Shown here: in pieces, positions 19,953-30,144 of the stretch
Layout of the letters: every line of letters starts with the position of its first letter
Position numbering within the stretch: position 1 is the first letter of the stretch
NCBI GenBank assembly: GCA_015060325.1
Contig: SUYQ01000003.1
Location: 20,528-84,527, forward strand
Length of the DNA: 64,000 bases
Direction of reading: 5' to 3'
Source of the DNA: Bacteroidales bacterium
GTDB taxonomy: Bacteria; Bacteroidota; Bacteroidia; Bacteroidales; UBA932
The notes under the pieces: model-generated
Database searches by the model: none
What the model saw: the letters and a program-made list of their open reading frames with translations, nothing else
What the model was told of the DNA's origin: nothing
Program-made: the position numbers and the translations under genes

Positions 19953-21356
19953 ATGGCAGAAGCTACAGTACAGATTCCAACAGAACTCGGGACCGAAAAT
20001 ATCGGCAGACTGCTGAAACAGTATGCCTTGCCAGCCATCATCGCCCAGATAGCCGCTTCGCTGTACAACATGGTGGACAGCATATATATCGGGCATATGG
20101 ACTCGAATGCGATATCCGGACTGGCCGTCACCTTTCCTTTGATGAACCTCTCGACAGCCTTCGGCACTCTGGTAGGAGCCGGAGCTGCAACCATGGTGTC
20201 CATACTTCTCGGACAGAAACACTATCATATGGGCAACAAAGTTCTGGGTAATGTAGTCAGCCTGAACATAATAATAGGATTTCTGTTCATGGCCGGAACG
20301 CTGGCATTTCTGGATCCCATATTATATTTCTTCGGCGCCAGTGACAATACACTGCCCTATGCCAGGGACTACATCACCATCATCCTGTATGGCAATATAG
20401 TCACCCATCTGTATTTTGGACTCAACGCCGCAATGAGATCGTCAGGCAATCCAAAGAAAGCGATGGGACTTACCATATTCACAGTGATATTCAATGCCAT
20501 ACTTGATCCTATATTCATATTCGGGCTTGATATGGGGATTGCCGGAGCAGCCTGGGCCACAGTGACAGCACAGGTAGTTGCAATGTTTGTCGTACTTCAC
20601 CACTTCAACGATCAGAACAGGGCGATTCATTTTGAAAAAGGCATATTCAGGTTGAACTGGAATGTCGCGAAGAAATCACTGATCATAGGAACAGGTCCAT
20701 TCCTGATGAACCTCGCGGCATGTGCGGTAACACTGTTCATCAACCAGCAGCTCAGAGAATTCAGCGGCAGTGCTGACGCCGGTGACGATTATATCGGAGC
20801 ATATGGCATATGTAACCGGGTCGTCTTCATGTTTATCATGATATGCATGGGACTCAACCAAGGAATGCAGCCTATTGCAGGATACAACTACGGAGCACGT
20901 CTGTATACCAGAGTCAAGGAGGTCTTCTGGAAGACAGCCAAGCTGGCAATGTGCATGACGACACTGTGTTTTGTAATCGGAATGTTTTTTCCACGTATTG
21001 CATGCAGTGCATTCACATCAGATCCGGAGCTGCTCGACATAGCTGAACGCGGAATGAGGCTCATCACCTTGGTATTCCCGATAGTGGGTCTTCAGATGAT
21101 AGGGACCAATTTCTTCCAGAGCCTTGGCCTGGTAAAGAAATCAATCTTCTTGTCATTGTCCAGACAGCTGTTGCTGTTGCTTCCGCTTCTCTACACCCTG
21201 CCATTATGGCTGGGCACAGACGGAGTCTGGCTAAGCTTCCCTATCTCCGATCTTTTATCCACCGTTCTGACAATAATCCTCCTGAAGAGATTGTTCAACA
21301 AATTCAACAGCCTCCATGACGGAGACAGCGCCAATGCGCTGGATGGCCAACTATAA
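19953..21356 (+). CDS. MATE-family efflux transporter
   Basis: ALPAIIAQ..LYNMVDSIYIG, NAILDPIFIF..GIAGAAWAT, QGMQPIAGYNYGA. Confidence 0.93.
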   Translation: MAEATVQIPTELGTENIGRLLKQYALPAIIAQIAASLYNMVDSIYIGHMDSNAISGLAVTFPLMNLSTAFGTLVGAGAATMVSILLGQKHYHMGNKVLGNVVSLNIIIGFLFMAGTLAFLDPILYFFGASDNTLPYARDYITIILYGNIVTHLYFGLNAAMRSSGNPKKAMGLTIFTVIFNAILDPIFIFGLDMGIAGAAWATVTAQVVAMFVVLHHFNDQNRAIHFEKGIFRLNWNVAKKSLIIGTGPFLMNLAACAVTLFINQQLREFSGSADAGDDYIGAYGICNRVVFMFIMICMGLNQGMQPIAGYNYGARLYTRVKEVFWKTAKLAMCMTTLCFVIGMFFPRIACSAFTSDPELLDIAERGMRLITLVFPIVGLQMIGTNFFQSLGLVKKSIFLSLSRQLLLLLPLLYTLPLWLGTDGVWLSFPISDLLSTVLTIILLKRLFNKFNSLHDGDSANALDGQL

Positions 21357-21367
21357 CATCCGGAGTT

Positions 21368-22705
21368 ATGAAAAGAAGAAAAGCAATAAGAAGGATACAG
21401 GCAAAAGGGCTGCTAGGAATCACGCTTCTGCTTGCACTTTTGTTCATCTGTGCCAAAAACATAAACAGCAGTAAAGATGGCAAGAGTGGAAGTCCAGACT
21501 CAGACATGGATGACATTGAAGAAGTTAACATGGAGCATAAGAGTCTGAACAGAAGGATAACCAACGAGATGTCTGCTGTCCCGGAACTGGAAGGTCTTGA
21601 CAAGAAGATAAAGAAATACATCAGGGACTGGCACATAAAGGGAGCGTCGCTTGCAATCGTCCGCAACGACTCACTGGTATATGCCAAGGGTTATGGATGG
21701 GCAGACAAGGAACTGGAGATTCCAATGGAACCGGGGCACATAATGAGGGTGGCATCAGTTTCCAAACTCATCACTGCAGCCGGCATCATGGTGCTTCAGG
21801 ACCAGGGAAAGCTGAACATAAAGGATAAGGTATTCGGCCCCGAAGGAATACTGAATGACGAATTCTTCAACAATCTCACCCAGTGCGACACGAAGTTTTA
21901 TGATCTGACAGTTGAAGACATATTGAGACATCGAAGCAGATTCTATAGCGATCCTGTATTCCGATCAATTCAGGTGCAGGAATATTTGGGACTTGACCAA
22001 CCGCCTACAAAAGAAGACTACTTCACTCTGGTACTCAGGAACGGCCTCCGTGGAGAGCCCGGCACAGCCACAAAATACTCGAATTTCGGCTATCTCGTAC
22101 TGTCCGAGATCATAGAAAAAGTATCCGGCATGCCTTATGAGACATTCATTAACAAATATGTAATGTACCCTGCCGGATGTTACGACATGCACATCGGAGG
22201 GGTCTACTACAAAGACAAGAGGAAAAATGAAGTAAGATATTACACCAATGACGGTGCCGGAAAATTCGTCCCTGACTTCAACAACCCGCAAGATACTGTC
22301 GAGCGTTGCTACGGAGGCAGCAACGTCACACTCCTGTCCGGAGCGGGAGGATGGTGCAGTTCTACTATAGAACTGGCCAGATTCGTATCTTCGATCAATG
22401 GTATCGATGGCGTACACGACATCATCAGCCAGGACAGCTTCGAACTGATGACAGAATACATAGATGACAACACATTTTCTCTCGGATGGAACGACACCCA
22501 TCCTACCAAAGGCTGGAACCGAACCGGAACACTGTCAGGTACAAGTGCACTGATCAGACATTATCCTGACGGAGAGTGCTGGATATTTGTAACCAACACA
22601 TGCACATACAAGGGCCCCAAATTTCCGAAGATCACTGACGCCCTTTTCACAGAATGCCGCAAGCTATACAGCTCTAAGCTACCTTACTGCAACTTGTTTG
22701 AGTAA
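21368..22705 (+). CDS. Serine hydrolase, beta-lactamase (class C-like) family
   Basis: ASVSK (SxxK), YSNFGY, RTG motif; N-terminal TM anchor. Confidence 0.87.
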   Translation: MKRRKAIRRIQAKGLLGITLLLALLFICAKNINSSKDGKSGSPDSDMDDIEEVNMEHKSLNRRITNEMSAVPELEGLDKKIKKYIRDWHIKGASLAIVRNDSLVYAKGYGWADKELEIPMEPGHIMRVASVSKLITAAGIMVLQDQGKLNIKDKVFGPEGILNDEFFNNLTQCDTKFYDLTVEDILRHRSRFYSDPVFRSIQVQEYLGLDQPPTKEDYFTLVLRNGLRGEPGTATKYSNFGYLVLSEIIEKVSGMPYETFINKYVMYPAGCYDMHIGGVYYKDKRKNEVRYYTNDGAGKFVPDFNNPQDTVERCYGGSNVTLLSGAGGWCSSTIELARFVSSINGIDGVHDIISQDSFELMTEYIDDNTFSLGWNDTHPTKGWNRTGTLSGTSALIRHYPDGECWIFVTNTCTYKGPKFPKITDALFTECRKLYSSKLPYCNLFE

Positions 22706-23799
22706 TACTTGATCTCGAACTCTCCTGCAAGGATACCGTATCCGTTTTCCGCCAAGGAAGCAAGCTCATTCTCTCCGGCATAGACCTCCACCGGAGCGAT
22801 GAATCCTACGCGTGACATAATATCCTCTACTATCATCTTGTCATAGGCAATGCCTCCTGTAAGGACGATTGCATCGACCTTTCCTCCGACGACAGTAGCC
22901 AGAGAACCGATATACTTGGCTACAGACACGGCAAAGCCCTTGAGGAAGATGTCGCACTTCTGATCTCCTGCCAGAGCACGTGCGCGTACCTCTCGGATAT
23001 CATTAGTACCGAAATATGCCACTGCACCTCCCTTTCCGACAAGCTTCTTCTTCACCTCATCCTTGGTATACCTGCCGCTGAAGCACATCTCCACAAGCGG
23101 AAAGCCAGGCACAGAGCCAGCACGTTCAGGGCTGATCGGCCCATCACCTCCGAGAGCATCATTGGTATCTATCACCAGACCGTTTCTATGAAGAGAAACA
23201 GAAGCGCCACCACCCATATGGGCAACAATAACAGTAACATCCTTATTGGTCTTGCCTATGCTGCGGGCATACCTGCGTACCATGGCACGAGAATTCAATG
23301 CATGGAAAAGGGTACGGCGCTCAAATTCCGGAAGACCGCCCACCTTCACTTCAGGAAGCATTTCATCTGCCATCGGAGGGTCTGCAATGAATGCCCGGCA
23401 CTTTTCAGCAATACCCTTTGCCTCACGGGCCTTGTTCACCTCTACTGCAATATCATCAGCGATAAGAGCACTCAGGTTGCATGCATGCACTCCATCCTTT
23501 CCTGACATCAAGGCATCACGCATCTCCTGATTGACTTCATAGACACCTGTCTTGATAGGAGTAATGAGACCGCCTCTAGCCATGGAAATGTCAATAGTCT
23601 CCAGAGGAATTCCCTTCTCCTTCAGGAAATCTGTTATGGTATCACGTCGCATATCTCCCTGATCCATTACAGAATGATACTTGGCTACCTCTTCAGCAGA
23701 ATGTGTAAGGTTTTTCTCGAACAGAAGTTCACCGGCATCGTAGACACCGATCTTTGTGGATGTGGAACCGGTATTGACTACCAGTATTCGGCCTTTCAT
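22684..23799 (-). CDS. buk: Butyrate kinase
   Basis: NTGSTSTKIG, ARGG, HALNS, AHMGGGASV, GPISPERAG, LTGGIAY. Confidence 0.92.
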   Translation of the reverse strand: MKGRILVVNTGSTSTKIGVYDAGELLFEKNLTHSAEEVAKYHSVMDQGDMRRDTITDFLKEKGIPLETIDISMARGGLITPIKTGVYEVNQEMRDALMSGKDGVHACNLSALIADDIAVEVNKAREAKGIAEKCRAFIADPPMADEMLPEVKVGGLPEFERRTLFHALNSRAMVRRYARSIGKTNKDVTVIVAHMGGGASVSLHRNGLVIDTNDALGGDGPISPERAGSVPGFPLVEMCFSGRYTKDEVKKKLVGKGGAVAYFGTNDIREVRARALAGDQKCDIFLKGFAVSVAKYIGSLATVVGGKVDAIVLTGGIAYDKMIVEDIMSRVGFIAPVEVYAGENELASLAENGYGILAGEFEIKYYSNKLQ

Positions 23800-23826
23800 A
23801 ATAAATTGGTCTTAGTGTTATTAAAA

Positions 23827-23908
23827 AGATTCTTCGCTGACGCTCAGAATGACAGTGGGAAGCGCTCAGAATGACAGTGGGGAGCGCTCAGAATGACAGT
23901 GGAAAGCG
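23827..23908 (+). repeat. REP-like palindrome AGATTCTTCGCTGACGCTCAGAATGACA plus 22-bp tandem copies of its GTCAT-tagged half
   Basis: CGCTCAGAATGACAGTGG at 23841, 23863 and 23885. Confidence 0.9.
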
Positions 23909-23926
23909 CCCCCAAAGTGGGTGTGG

Positions 23927-24835
23927 TTATTTTACTGACATCGCTGCGATGGCGATTGAATTGAGCTTGGTATCTATGCTGTCAGCGCGGCTGGAAAGCA
24001 CACAAGGAACCTTTGCACCTACAAGTATACCAGCCTGACGGACTCCCTGAACAAGTTTGGAATTGGCCTTATAGAAGACATTCCCGGACTCGATATTAGG
24101 GAAGAGCAGACAGTCTGCATCACCGGCAACAGGACTGACCAGTCCCTTGATCTGGACAGACTCCATGTCAATGGCAACATCCAGAGCGAGAGGGCCATCA
24201 GCAATGCAGCCCTTGATCTGACCACGGTCAACCATCTTTGAAAGCAAGGCAGCCTCAAGAGAAGCCGGCTGACTTGGAAGCACCTGCTCTGTAGCAGCGA
24301 TTATCGCAACCTTCGGAGTCTCAACTCCTACAGCCTTGGCAGTCTTTACAAGACACTCCATGATGGTCTGCTTCTGCTTGAGATCCGGTGCCGGAATAAC
24401 GGCAACGTCCCCCACAAACAGCAGCTTATGGTAAGAAGGAATCTCTAGTGTAGTACAATGGGTCAATGTACCCTTAGGAGGCAGAAGACCTGTCTCCTTG
24501 TTAAGGATTGCACGAAGGAACTTGTCTGTTGAGCAAAGGCCCTTCATAAGGAAGTCACCCTCGCCGTCACGTACCATCTGTACAGCCTGAGCAACCGACG
24601 GAAGTTCTGAAGGATTGTGGACGATTGTGAACCTTGAGATGTCAATTCCCTCTTCCTTGCATGCCTGTGCGATCATAGCCTCGTCACCCACGAGGGTAAC
24701 GTCTGCAAGTCCAAGTTCCACAGCCTTTCCTGCTGCAGCTACTGTATGACCGTCTACAGCCCATGCTGCAACCATTCTTTTTCTTATGCCCCTGCCGCTG
24801 AGCTCGGCATAAATCTGTTCGAAATTCGTAAACAT
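23927..24835 (-). CDS. ptb: Phosphate butyryltransferase
   Basis: LMKG, GPLALDVAI, LFPNIESGNVFYK, LSSRADS; adjacent to buk. Confidence 0.9.
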   Translation of the reverse strand: MFTNFEQIYAELSGRGIRKRMVAAWAVDGHTVAAAGKAVELGLADVTLVGDEAMIAQACKEEGIDISRFTIVHNPSELPSVAQAVQMVRDGEGDFLMKGLCSTDKFLRAILNKETGLLPPKGTLTHCTTLEIPSYHKLLFVGDVAVIPAPDLKQKQTIMECLVKTAKAVGVETPKVAIIAATEQVLPSQPASLEAALLSKMVDRGQIKGCIADGPLALDVAIDMESVQIKGLVSPVAGDADCLLFPNIESGNVFYKANSKLVQGVRQAGILVGAKVPCVLSSRADSIDTKLNSIAIAAMSVK

Positions 24836-24851
24836 ATGCGTATAAACAAAT

Positions 24852-24874
24852 AGTCCCCGGCACAGCCGAGGACT
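24852..24874 (-). terminator. Hairpin between ackA and ptb
   Basis: AGTCCCCGGC-ACA-GCCGAGGACT followed by a T-rich run on minus. Confidence 0.5.
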
Positions 24875-24884
24875 GATGACATGA

Positions 24885-26096
24885 TTATTTTCCGTTCTGA
24901 ACGATATTCATGGTATCGCGTGCAATCATCAGCTCTTCATTTGTAGTGATGAGAGCAACCTTTACCTTCGAATCAGGAAGAGTCAGGATAGTATCGACTC
25001 CCCTTACTGCATTCGCATCGTAATCGAACTTGACACCAAGGTAAGTCAGATTCTCACACACTCTGCGACGCACGCGTGTGTTGTTTTCACCGATTCCACC
25101 TGTAAATACGATGAGATCGACACCGTTCATCGCAGCAGCATAAGCACCGATGTACTTTGTGATCTCATACGTGAGTTTCTTCAAGGTGAGCTTAGCCTTA
25201 GGATTACCGTCGTTTGCAGCAGCATCGAGGTCACGGGCATCTGATGACACGCATGAAAGGCCGAGGAATCCGCTCTTCTTGTTGAGAACCTTGCTCATCT
25301 CAGCAGCAGAAAGGCCTTCCTTTTCCTGGATGTAAGTGACAACCTCCGGGTCGATGCTTCCGCTTCGGGTACCCATGATAAGGCCTTCAAGCGGAGTGAA
25401 TCCCATAGTGGTATCTACAGACTTGCCGTTCTCAACAGCAGTAATGGAGCTGCCGTTTCCGAGGTGACATGTGATGATCTTTGAAGACTCCAGGTCGAGA
25501 CCGGCGAACTTTGCGCCCTTTGCAGAGACGTATTTATGGCTTGTACCATGGAAACCATAACGGCGCACGCCGTATTTCTCATAATACTCATACGGAAGAC
25601 CGTACATATAAGCATATGCAGGCATTGTCTGGTGGAATGCCGTATCAAACACACCTACCTGCGGAACAGACGGAAGGACATCTGAAACCGCCCTGATTCC
25701 GAGGATGTTTGCAGGGTTGTGAAGCGGTGCAAATACAGAGCATTTCTCAAGCTGCTCGACAACCTTGTCGGTGATCAGCTGGCTGCATACAAATTCCTCT
25801 GCGCCATGAACAACACGATGGCCCACTGCATCAATCTCTTCAAGCTTGGAAAGGACGCCATGATCCTTGTCAAGAAGAGCATCAAGGACAGCCTTGATTC
25901 CGACTGTATGATTCTCGATCGGCATTTCCTTCTCAAATTTTTCCTTTCCGCTTGCCTGGTGCTTGAGACAGCCTGTCTCCATACCGATTCTTTCAACGAG
26001 TCCCTTAGCCATGAGATCGTACACCTCATCGTTCTTCATATCAAGAAGCTGATATTTGAGCGAAGAGCTTCCGCAATTAAGTACTAGAATGATCAT
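24885..26096 (-). CDS. ackA: Acetate kinase
   Basis: LNCGSSSLKY, GHRVVHG, FDTAFH, YGFHGTSH, HLGNGSS, FTGGIGEN, TNEEL. Confidence 0.96.
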   Translation of the reverse strand: MIILVLNCGSSSLKYQLLDMKNDEVYDLMAKGLVERIGMETGCLKHQASGKEKFEKEMPIENHTVGIKAVLDALLDKDHGVLSKLEEIDAVGHRVVHGAEEFVCSQLITDKVVEQLEKCSVFAPLHNPANILGIRAVSDVLPSVPQVGVFDTAFHQTMPAYAYMYGLPYEYYEKYGVRRYGFHGTSHKYVSAKGAKFAGLDLESSKIITCHLGNGSSITAVENGKSVDTTMGFTPLEGLIMGTRSGSIDPEVVTYIQEKEGLSAAEMSKVLNKKSGFLGLSCVSSDARDLDAAANDGNPKAKLTLKKLTYEITKYIGAYAAAMNGVDLIVFTGGIGENNTRVRRRVCENLTYLGVKFDYDANAVRGVDTILTLPDSKVKVALITTNEELMIARDTMNIVQNGK

Positions 26097-26191
26097 TTCA
26101 AATATTGTTTTTTATGTTTATTTCAGATTTTCAAGTGCATCTTTGCAAAGTTACAAAAATTATAACTATTTTAGCAAAAAATAGGAACGAA

Positions 26192-27292
26192 ATGAAAGCG
26201 GAGAGAGAGATAGAGGGGATTGCGTTCCCTTTTGCAGCCGGAGTCACGGCCGCAGCACTCTCGGGGATATCCCCCGTCTTTATCAATCCTACATGTCACA
26301 TGCTTGCATTGGGGATGACCGCCTTGTCCTCAATCCTATTGTATTACTCCTCCGCGAGGGGATGGGAGTCACGCATACAATGGCTATTGACCGCCCTCTG
26401 CACACTTTCGTGCGGCATATTCATCGGACTATGCGGGACAGAAATGCAGATAAGCGATCTTCCATCCAAAGGAAGACTTGCAGCTGCAGCCAGAGAAATG
26501 GCTTTTGCGATGGAATCAGCAATAGACAGCATTGATTTCCGGAACGAAGGGACAGGCGGGGTCATAAAGGCACTCCTGACGGGAAACCGGAATGGCATAA
26601 GCCCTGAAACCACGCAGGCATTCCGCGATAGCGGTGCCTCCCACATACTTGCACTATCAGGGCTGCACCTCGGAATAATATACGCCATAATTGCCCGGTT
26701 CCTGTCTTTAGCCGGAAACACAAGGCTGATACGGCGCAGCAGATCGGTGGCAGTCATCATCTTATGCGGACTTTATACCATGGCCACCGGAGCAGGAGCA
26801 TCGATAATGAGGGCATTCATATTCATTGTCCTGAAAGAAGTTGCAGACATGACCGGACGGCACGCAAGCCTGAAAAGCATTCTCGCCGCATCACTGATCA
26901 TCCACCTGACATTCGACCCTACAGGCATTGCAGACATCGGTTTCCAGCTATCTTACGCAGCCATTTTCGGCATTGCATACATATTCCCTTATCTCAGAAA
27001 TCTCTGGCAGAACGACTGGATCGGATTGAAACGGATATGGGAATCTGCGGCACTTTCGATAGCCTGCCAGCTTACTACAGGCCCGCTGGCATACTATTAT
27101 TTCGGAACATTTCCGCAGTATTTCCTGCTGACAAACCTCATTGCAGTGCCATTGGCAGGGTTTATGATTCCGGCGGCACTGCTTACACTGTCCCTGACCT
27201 CTCTCGGCTGCTGTCCGGACTTTCTGATTACAGCAACGGAATCGCTTGTGACAGCACTGACAGAGTCACTGAAAATCATCTCAACAATGTAG
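26192..27292 (+). CDS. comEC: ComEC/Rec2-family membrane protein (competence domain only)
   Basis: SGASHILALSGLHLG, GFQLSY..IFGI, QLTTGPL..YYF, LTNLIAVP; start reassigned to MKAERE. Confidence 0.85.
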   Translation: MKAEREIEGIAFPFAAGVTAAALSGISPVFINPTCHMLALGMTALSSILLYYSSARGWESRIQWLLTALCTLSCGIFIGLCGTEMQISDLPSKGRLAAAAREMAFAMESAIDSIDFRNEGTGGVIKALLTGNRNGISPETTQAFRDSGASHILALSGLHLGIIYAIIARFLSLAGNTRLIRRSRSVAVIILCGLYTMATGAGASIMRAFIFIVLKEVADMTGRHASLKSILAASLIIHLTFDPTGIADIGFQLSYAAIFGIAYIFPYLRNLWQNDWIGLKRIWESAALSIACQLTTGPLAYYYFGTFPQYFLLTNLIAVPLAGFMIPAALLTLSLTSLGCCPDFLITATESLVTALTESLKIISTM

Positions 27293-27299
27293 CCAGATC

Positions 27300-28352
27300 T
27301 TAATCTTCCAGAATGAATCCAGGTGTACACCAGGTCTTGAACTCCCCATCCTGGTCATAGATAAGGCAAGCCTCCATATCGGTACGCCCAGTAAAGAATT
27401 CCTTTGAAGCCTCCAGGCCCATCACCATGCAATAGGTAGCATAGGCATCTGCCAGCATGGCATTCTCAGCGATCACAGTAGCACTGAGCAGAGAATGGTC
27501 AACAGGATATCCTGTGCGAGGATCGATGGTATGGGCATACTTTTTACCGTCCTTTATGTAGAATTTGCGATAATTACCGGATGTCACCACCCCATGAGGC
27601 CCAGACGGCACTTTGAACACTCCCTGAATCTGCGCCCCAAGCTCGTCATTCCCGTCAACAGGCTTATCTATCCCCACCGTCCACGGCTGCCCGGTAGGGT
27701 TCTTGCCATCACAGTATATCTCTCCGATATTGACCAGCATGTCCTTTACGCCGATGGAATACAGATATTCAGCTACAAGATCACAGCTATATCCTTGTGC
27801 TATCGCATTATAGTTAAGCTGCGGCAGGACAGGCTCGTTCTCCACAAGCAGGTCCTGGGCATTGATCTTTTCTGCCGCAAATTTGTCAGACGCATCATAA
27901 CATCTTCCCAGACCACAGTTCCTTCTGGCGATCTCCACCTCGTCATCAGTCGGCATCTCCCCCGTCTTGAATCCGAATCCCCACATATCAAACAAAGGAG
28001 CACAGGCCACATCTACGACACCACCCGTCTCGTCATATATCTGATATCCGATGTCATAAGCATCCATAAAAAGTTGATTCGGCACAATATCCTCACCGGC
28101 ATTGAACCTGCTGAGCAATGAATTCTTATTATAGCCTGACAAAGTACCATCTATCTCATCCAGAATATCCTGGATGGCATTACGGATGTCCTCCGGCTTC
28201 TCCTTCACACCCTTGAGATTCAAAGTAACCGAATATATGCCACCTTGAGCATAGCCTTCGATCGTGATATATTTATCCTTGTCTTTGCGTTGACATGAAG
28301 TCATCAATAGAAACGCAATAATGGCACACGAACAACAAAATAACTTCTTCAT
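27300..28352 (-). CDS. apbE: FAD:protein FMN transferase
   Basis: NAIAQGYSCD, NIGEI, VTSGNYR, HTIDPRTG, ADAYAT; lipobox. Confidence 0.92.
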   Translation of the reverse strand: MKKLFCCSCAIIAFLLMTSCQRKDKDKYITIEGYAQGGIYSVTLNLKGVKEKPEDIRNAIQDILDEIDGTLSGYNKNSLLSRFNAGEDIVPNQLFMDAYDIGYQIYDETGGVVDVACAPLFDMWGFGFKTGEMPTDDEVEIARRNCGLGRCYDASDKFAAEKINAQDLLVENEPVLPQLNYNAIAQGYSCDLVAEYLYSIGVKDMLVNIGEIYCDGKNPTGQPWTVGIDKPVDGNDELGAQIQGVFKVPSGPHGVVTSGNYRKFYIKDGKKYAHTIDPRTGYPVDHSLLSATVIAENAMLADAYATYCMVMGLEASKEFFTGRTDMEACLIYDQDGEFKTWCTPGFILED

Positions 28353-28444
28353 ATATCTAGGGCAAAGTATTTGTGCAAAGGTAGTGGATTTTCAAATTAA
28401 AATATGCATCTTTGCATGTTTATCATTAAAATTTAAAGTATCAA

Positions 28445-29527
28445 ATGGGTCTTAAAAAGCTGAACTCACTTATTCTCTTCGGAGCTATTGTTCTATGTGC
28501 AGTCTCATGTAAAGATGATGATGAGAGCACAACGTATCCATCTCTCAGCGGATATCTGAACTTCGACGTTCCGACATTCGTCAAGCCGAACACAAAGATA
28601 ACAATGACTCCGCGCGGGTTGAACCATCCGGACGGAGAAGAACTGGGGTATTACTGGAAAGTCACTCCTACCATGACAAAATCCGATACCACACGCTTTG
28701 AAAACGGACTGGACAGATATGGAAACCCGTCAGACGGTTCTTTCACCCATACTTTCTCCGACACATTGAAGACATATACCGTATATGCCTATGCTTTTGC
28801 TGACGGATATTCAACATCTTCAGCGAGCAAATACTGCACAGTCGTAAGCGGAGGGCTCAACGAATCCATTACCGGCATAGGAATCTTTGGAGATACGCCT
28901 TACGAAACAATAGACGGCAAGCGCTACTACTATACTCCGATAAACGGCACAGACTGGATGAGATTCAATCTCGACACGCCATCCGCAGGTGCTCCATATG
29001 TCAACTGCACAGCAATGAGCGACGTCTTCGGAAGATACTACAGCTACGAAGAAGCGCTCACTGCATGTCCTGAGGGCTGGACACTTCCAACTGAAGAGGA
29101 CTGGATAGCACTGGCAAAGGCAGCAGGAGCCCCTGAAGACACCGAAAAGTACAGCAACATCCCAGGTATCGCAGCGTCATTGATGGTCAACGCATATTTC
29201 AATGACACAAGACTTTGGGAGTATTGGCCAGAAGTCGGTGACCTGACTGATGCCACAGGAATGTCCATATTGCCGGTCGGCTTCGCGATGCTCGGCAAAA
29301 AAGACCTGAACGCAGACCAGACCGATCCGAACAAAGAGCACACATACCCGAATGCCATCTTCAAAGGCTATAAAGAGTATGCAGCATTCTGGACTGCAGA
29401 CAAAGTTGATGGAGAAGAGGGAATGGCGTACTACAGATACCTCATCAACAAGCAGCCGGACCTGATGATCAACAAAGGCGACACGAAATCATTTGGAGCA
29501 TCCGTAAGATGCGTACGAAAGAAATAG
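28445..29527 (+). CDS. Lipoprotein with FISUMP (Fib_succ_major) domain
   Basis: Lipobox AVSC; WMRFNL, GRYYSY, CPEGWTLPT..DW, FWTA, SVRCVRK. Confidence 0.85.
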   Translation: MGLKKLNSLILFGAIVLCAVSCKDDDESTTYPSLSGYLNFDVPTFVKPNTKITMTPRGLNHPDGEELGYYWKVTPTMTKSDTTRFENGLDRYGNPSDGSFTHTFSDTLKTYTVYAYAFADGYSTSSASKYCTVVSGGLNESITGIGIFGDTPYETIDGKRYYYTPINGTDWMRFNLDTPSAGAPYVNCTAMSDVFGRYYSYEEALTACPEGWTLPTEEDWIALAKAAGAPEDTEKYSNIPGIAASLMVNAYFNDTRLWEYWPEVGDLTDATGMSILPVGFAMLGKKDLNADQTDPNKEHTYPNAIFKGYKEYAAFWTADKVDGEEGMAYYRYLINKQPDLMINKGDTKSFGASVRCVRKK

Positions 29528-29530
29528 AGG

Positions 29531-30139
29531 CTATCTCAGATCTGTAACGACCCAGTCAGAGCTGAACTTATTTTTAGGACTGAAGGAATCCAACGGCATT
29601 TCTTCAGTCTTTTTCATAGTCCTGACCTTGACCGAGAGCACATTGCCATCCTCTAGAGCAAACTCACCGCTGACCATCATTCCATCCGGAGAAAGTACAA
29701 GTATCGCATCAACGATCCCGCAATCAGCCACGGACTTGAGTTCATATTCTGTCAAACCCTTCACTGACTTATGCGACATCACCTTGAAATATCTGTCCAG
29801 ATCAGCCAAAACAAGAACCGGATTACTCATATACAGTTCCGACATATCCGACACAGACTCAACAACGACCTCACGCGCCTGCTCATCAATCGTCCAGACC
29901 GTTTCTCCGTTACAATACAGTTCCAGTCCATTGCCCTTCATATGGTACATATTGCCCTGAACACTGATCTGCATATCTCCGGAAAGGGATGTCTGACGAA
30001 AATCCATCCCGTACAGTGCATCTATTGATACTGCACTCTCTGAAAACATTGCACGAAGTGCGTCCATCGGAGCTTGTGCAAACGACTGCATCGCCACCAA
30101 AGACAATGCAGCCGTCAAAAGAAGTCGCAAAGATTTCAT
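29531..30139 (-). CDS. LolA-like outer-membrane lipoprotein carrier
   Basis: Signal peptide; YCNGETVWTID, NPVLV; directly downstream of ftsK as is usual. Confidence 0.7.
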   Translation of the reverse strand: MKSLRLLLTAALSLVAMQSFAQAPMDALRAMFSESAVSIDALYGMDFRQTSLSGDMQISVQGNMYHMKGNGLELYCNGETVWTIDEQAREVVVESVSDMSELYMSNPVLVLADLDRYFKVMSHKSVKGLTEYELKSVADCGIVDAILVLSPDGMMVSGEFALEDGNVLSVKVRTMKKTEEMPLDSFSPKNKFSSDWVVTDLR

Positions 30140-30144
30140 TTAAA

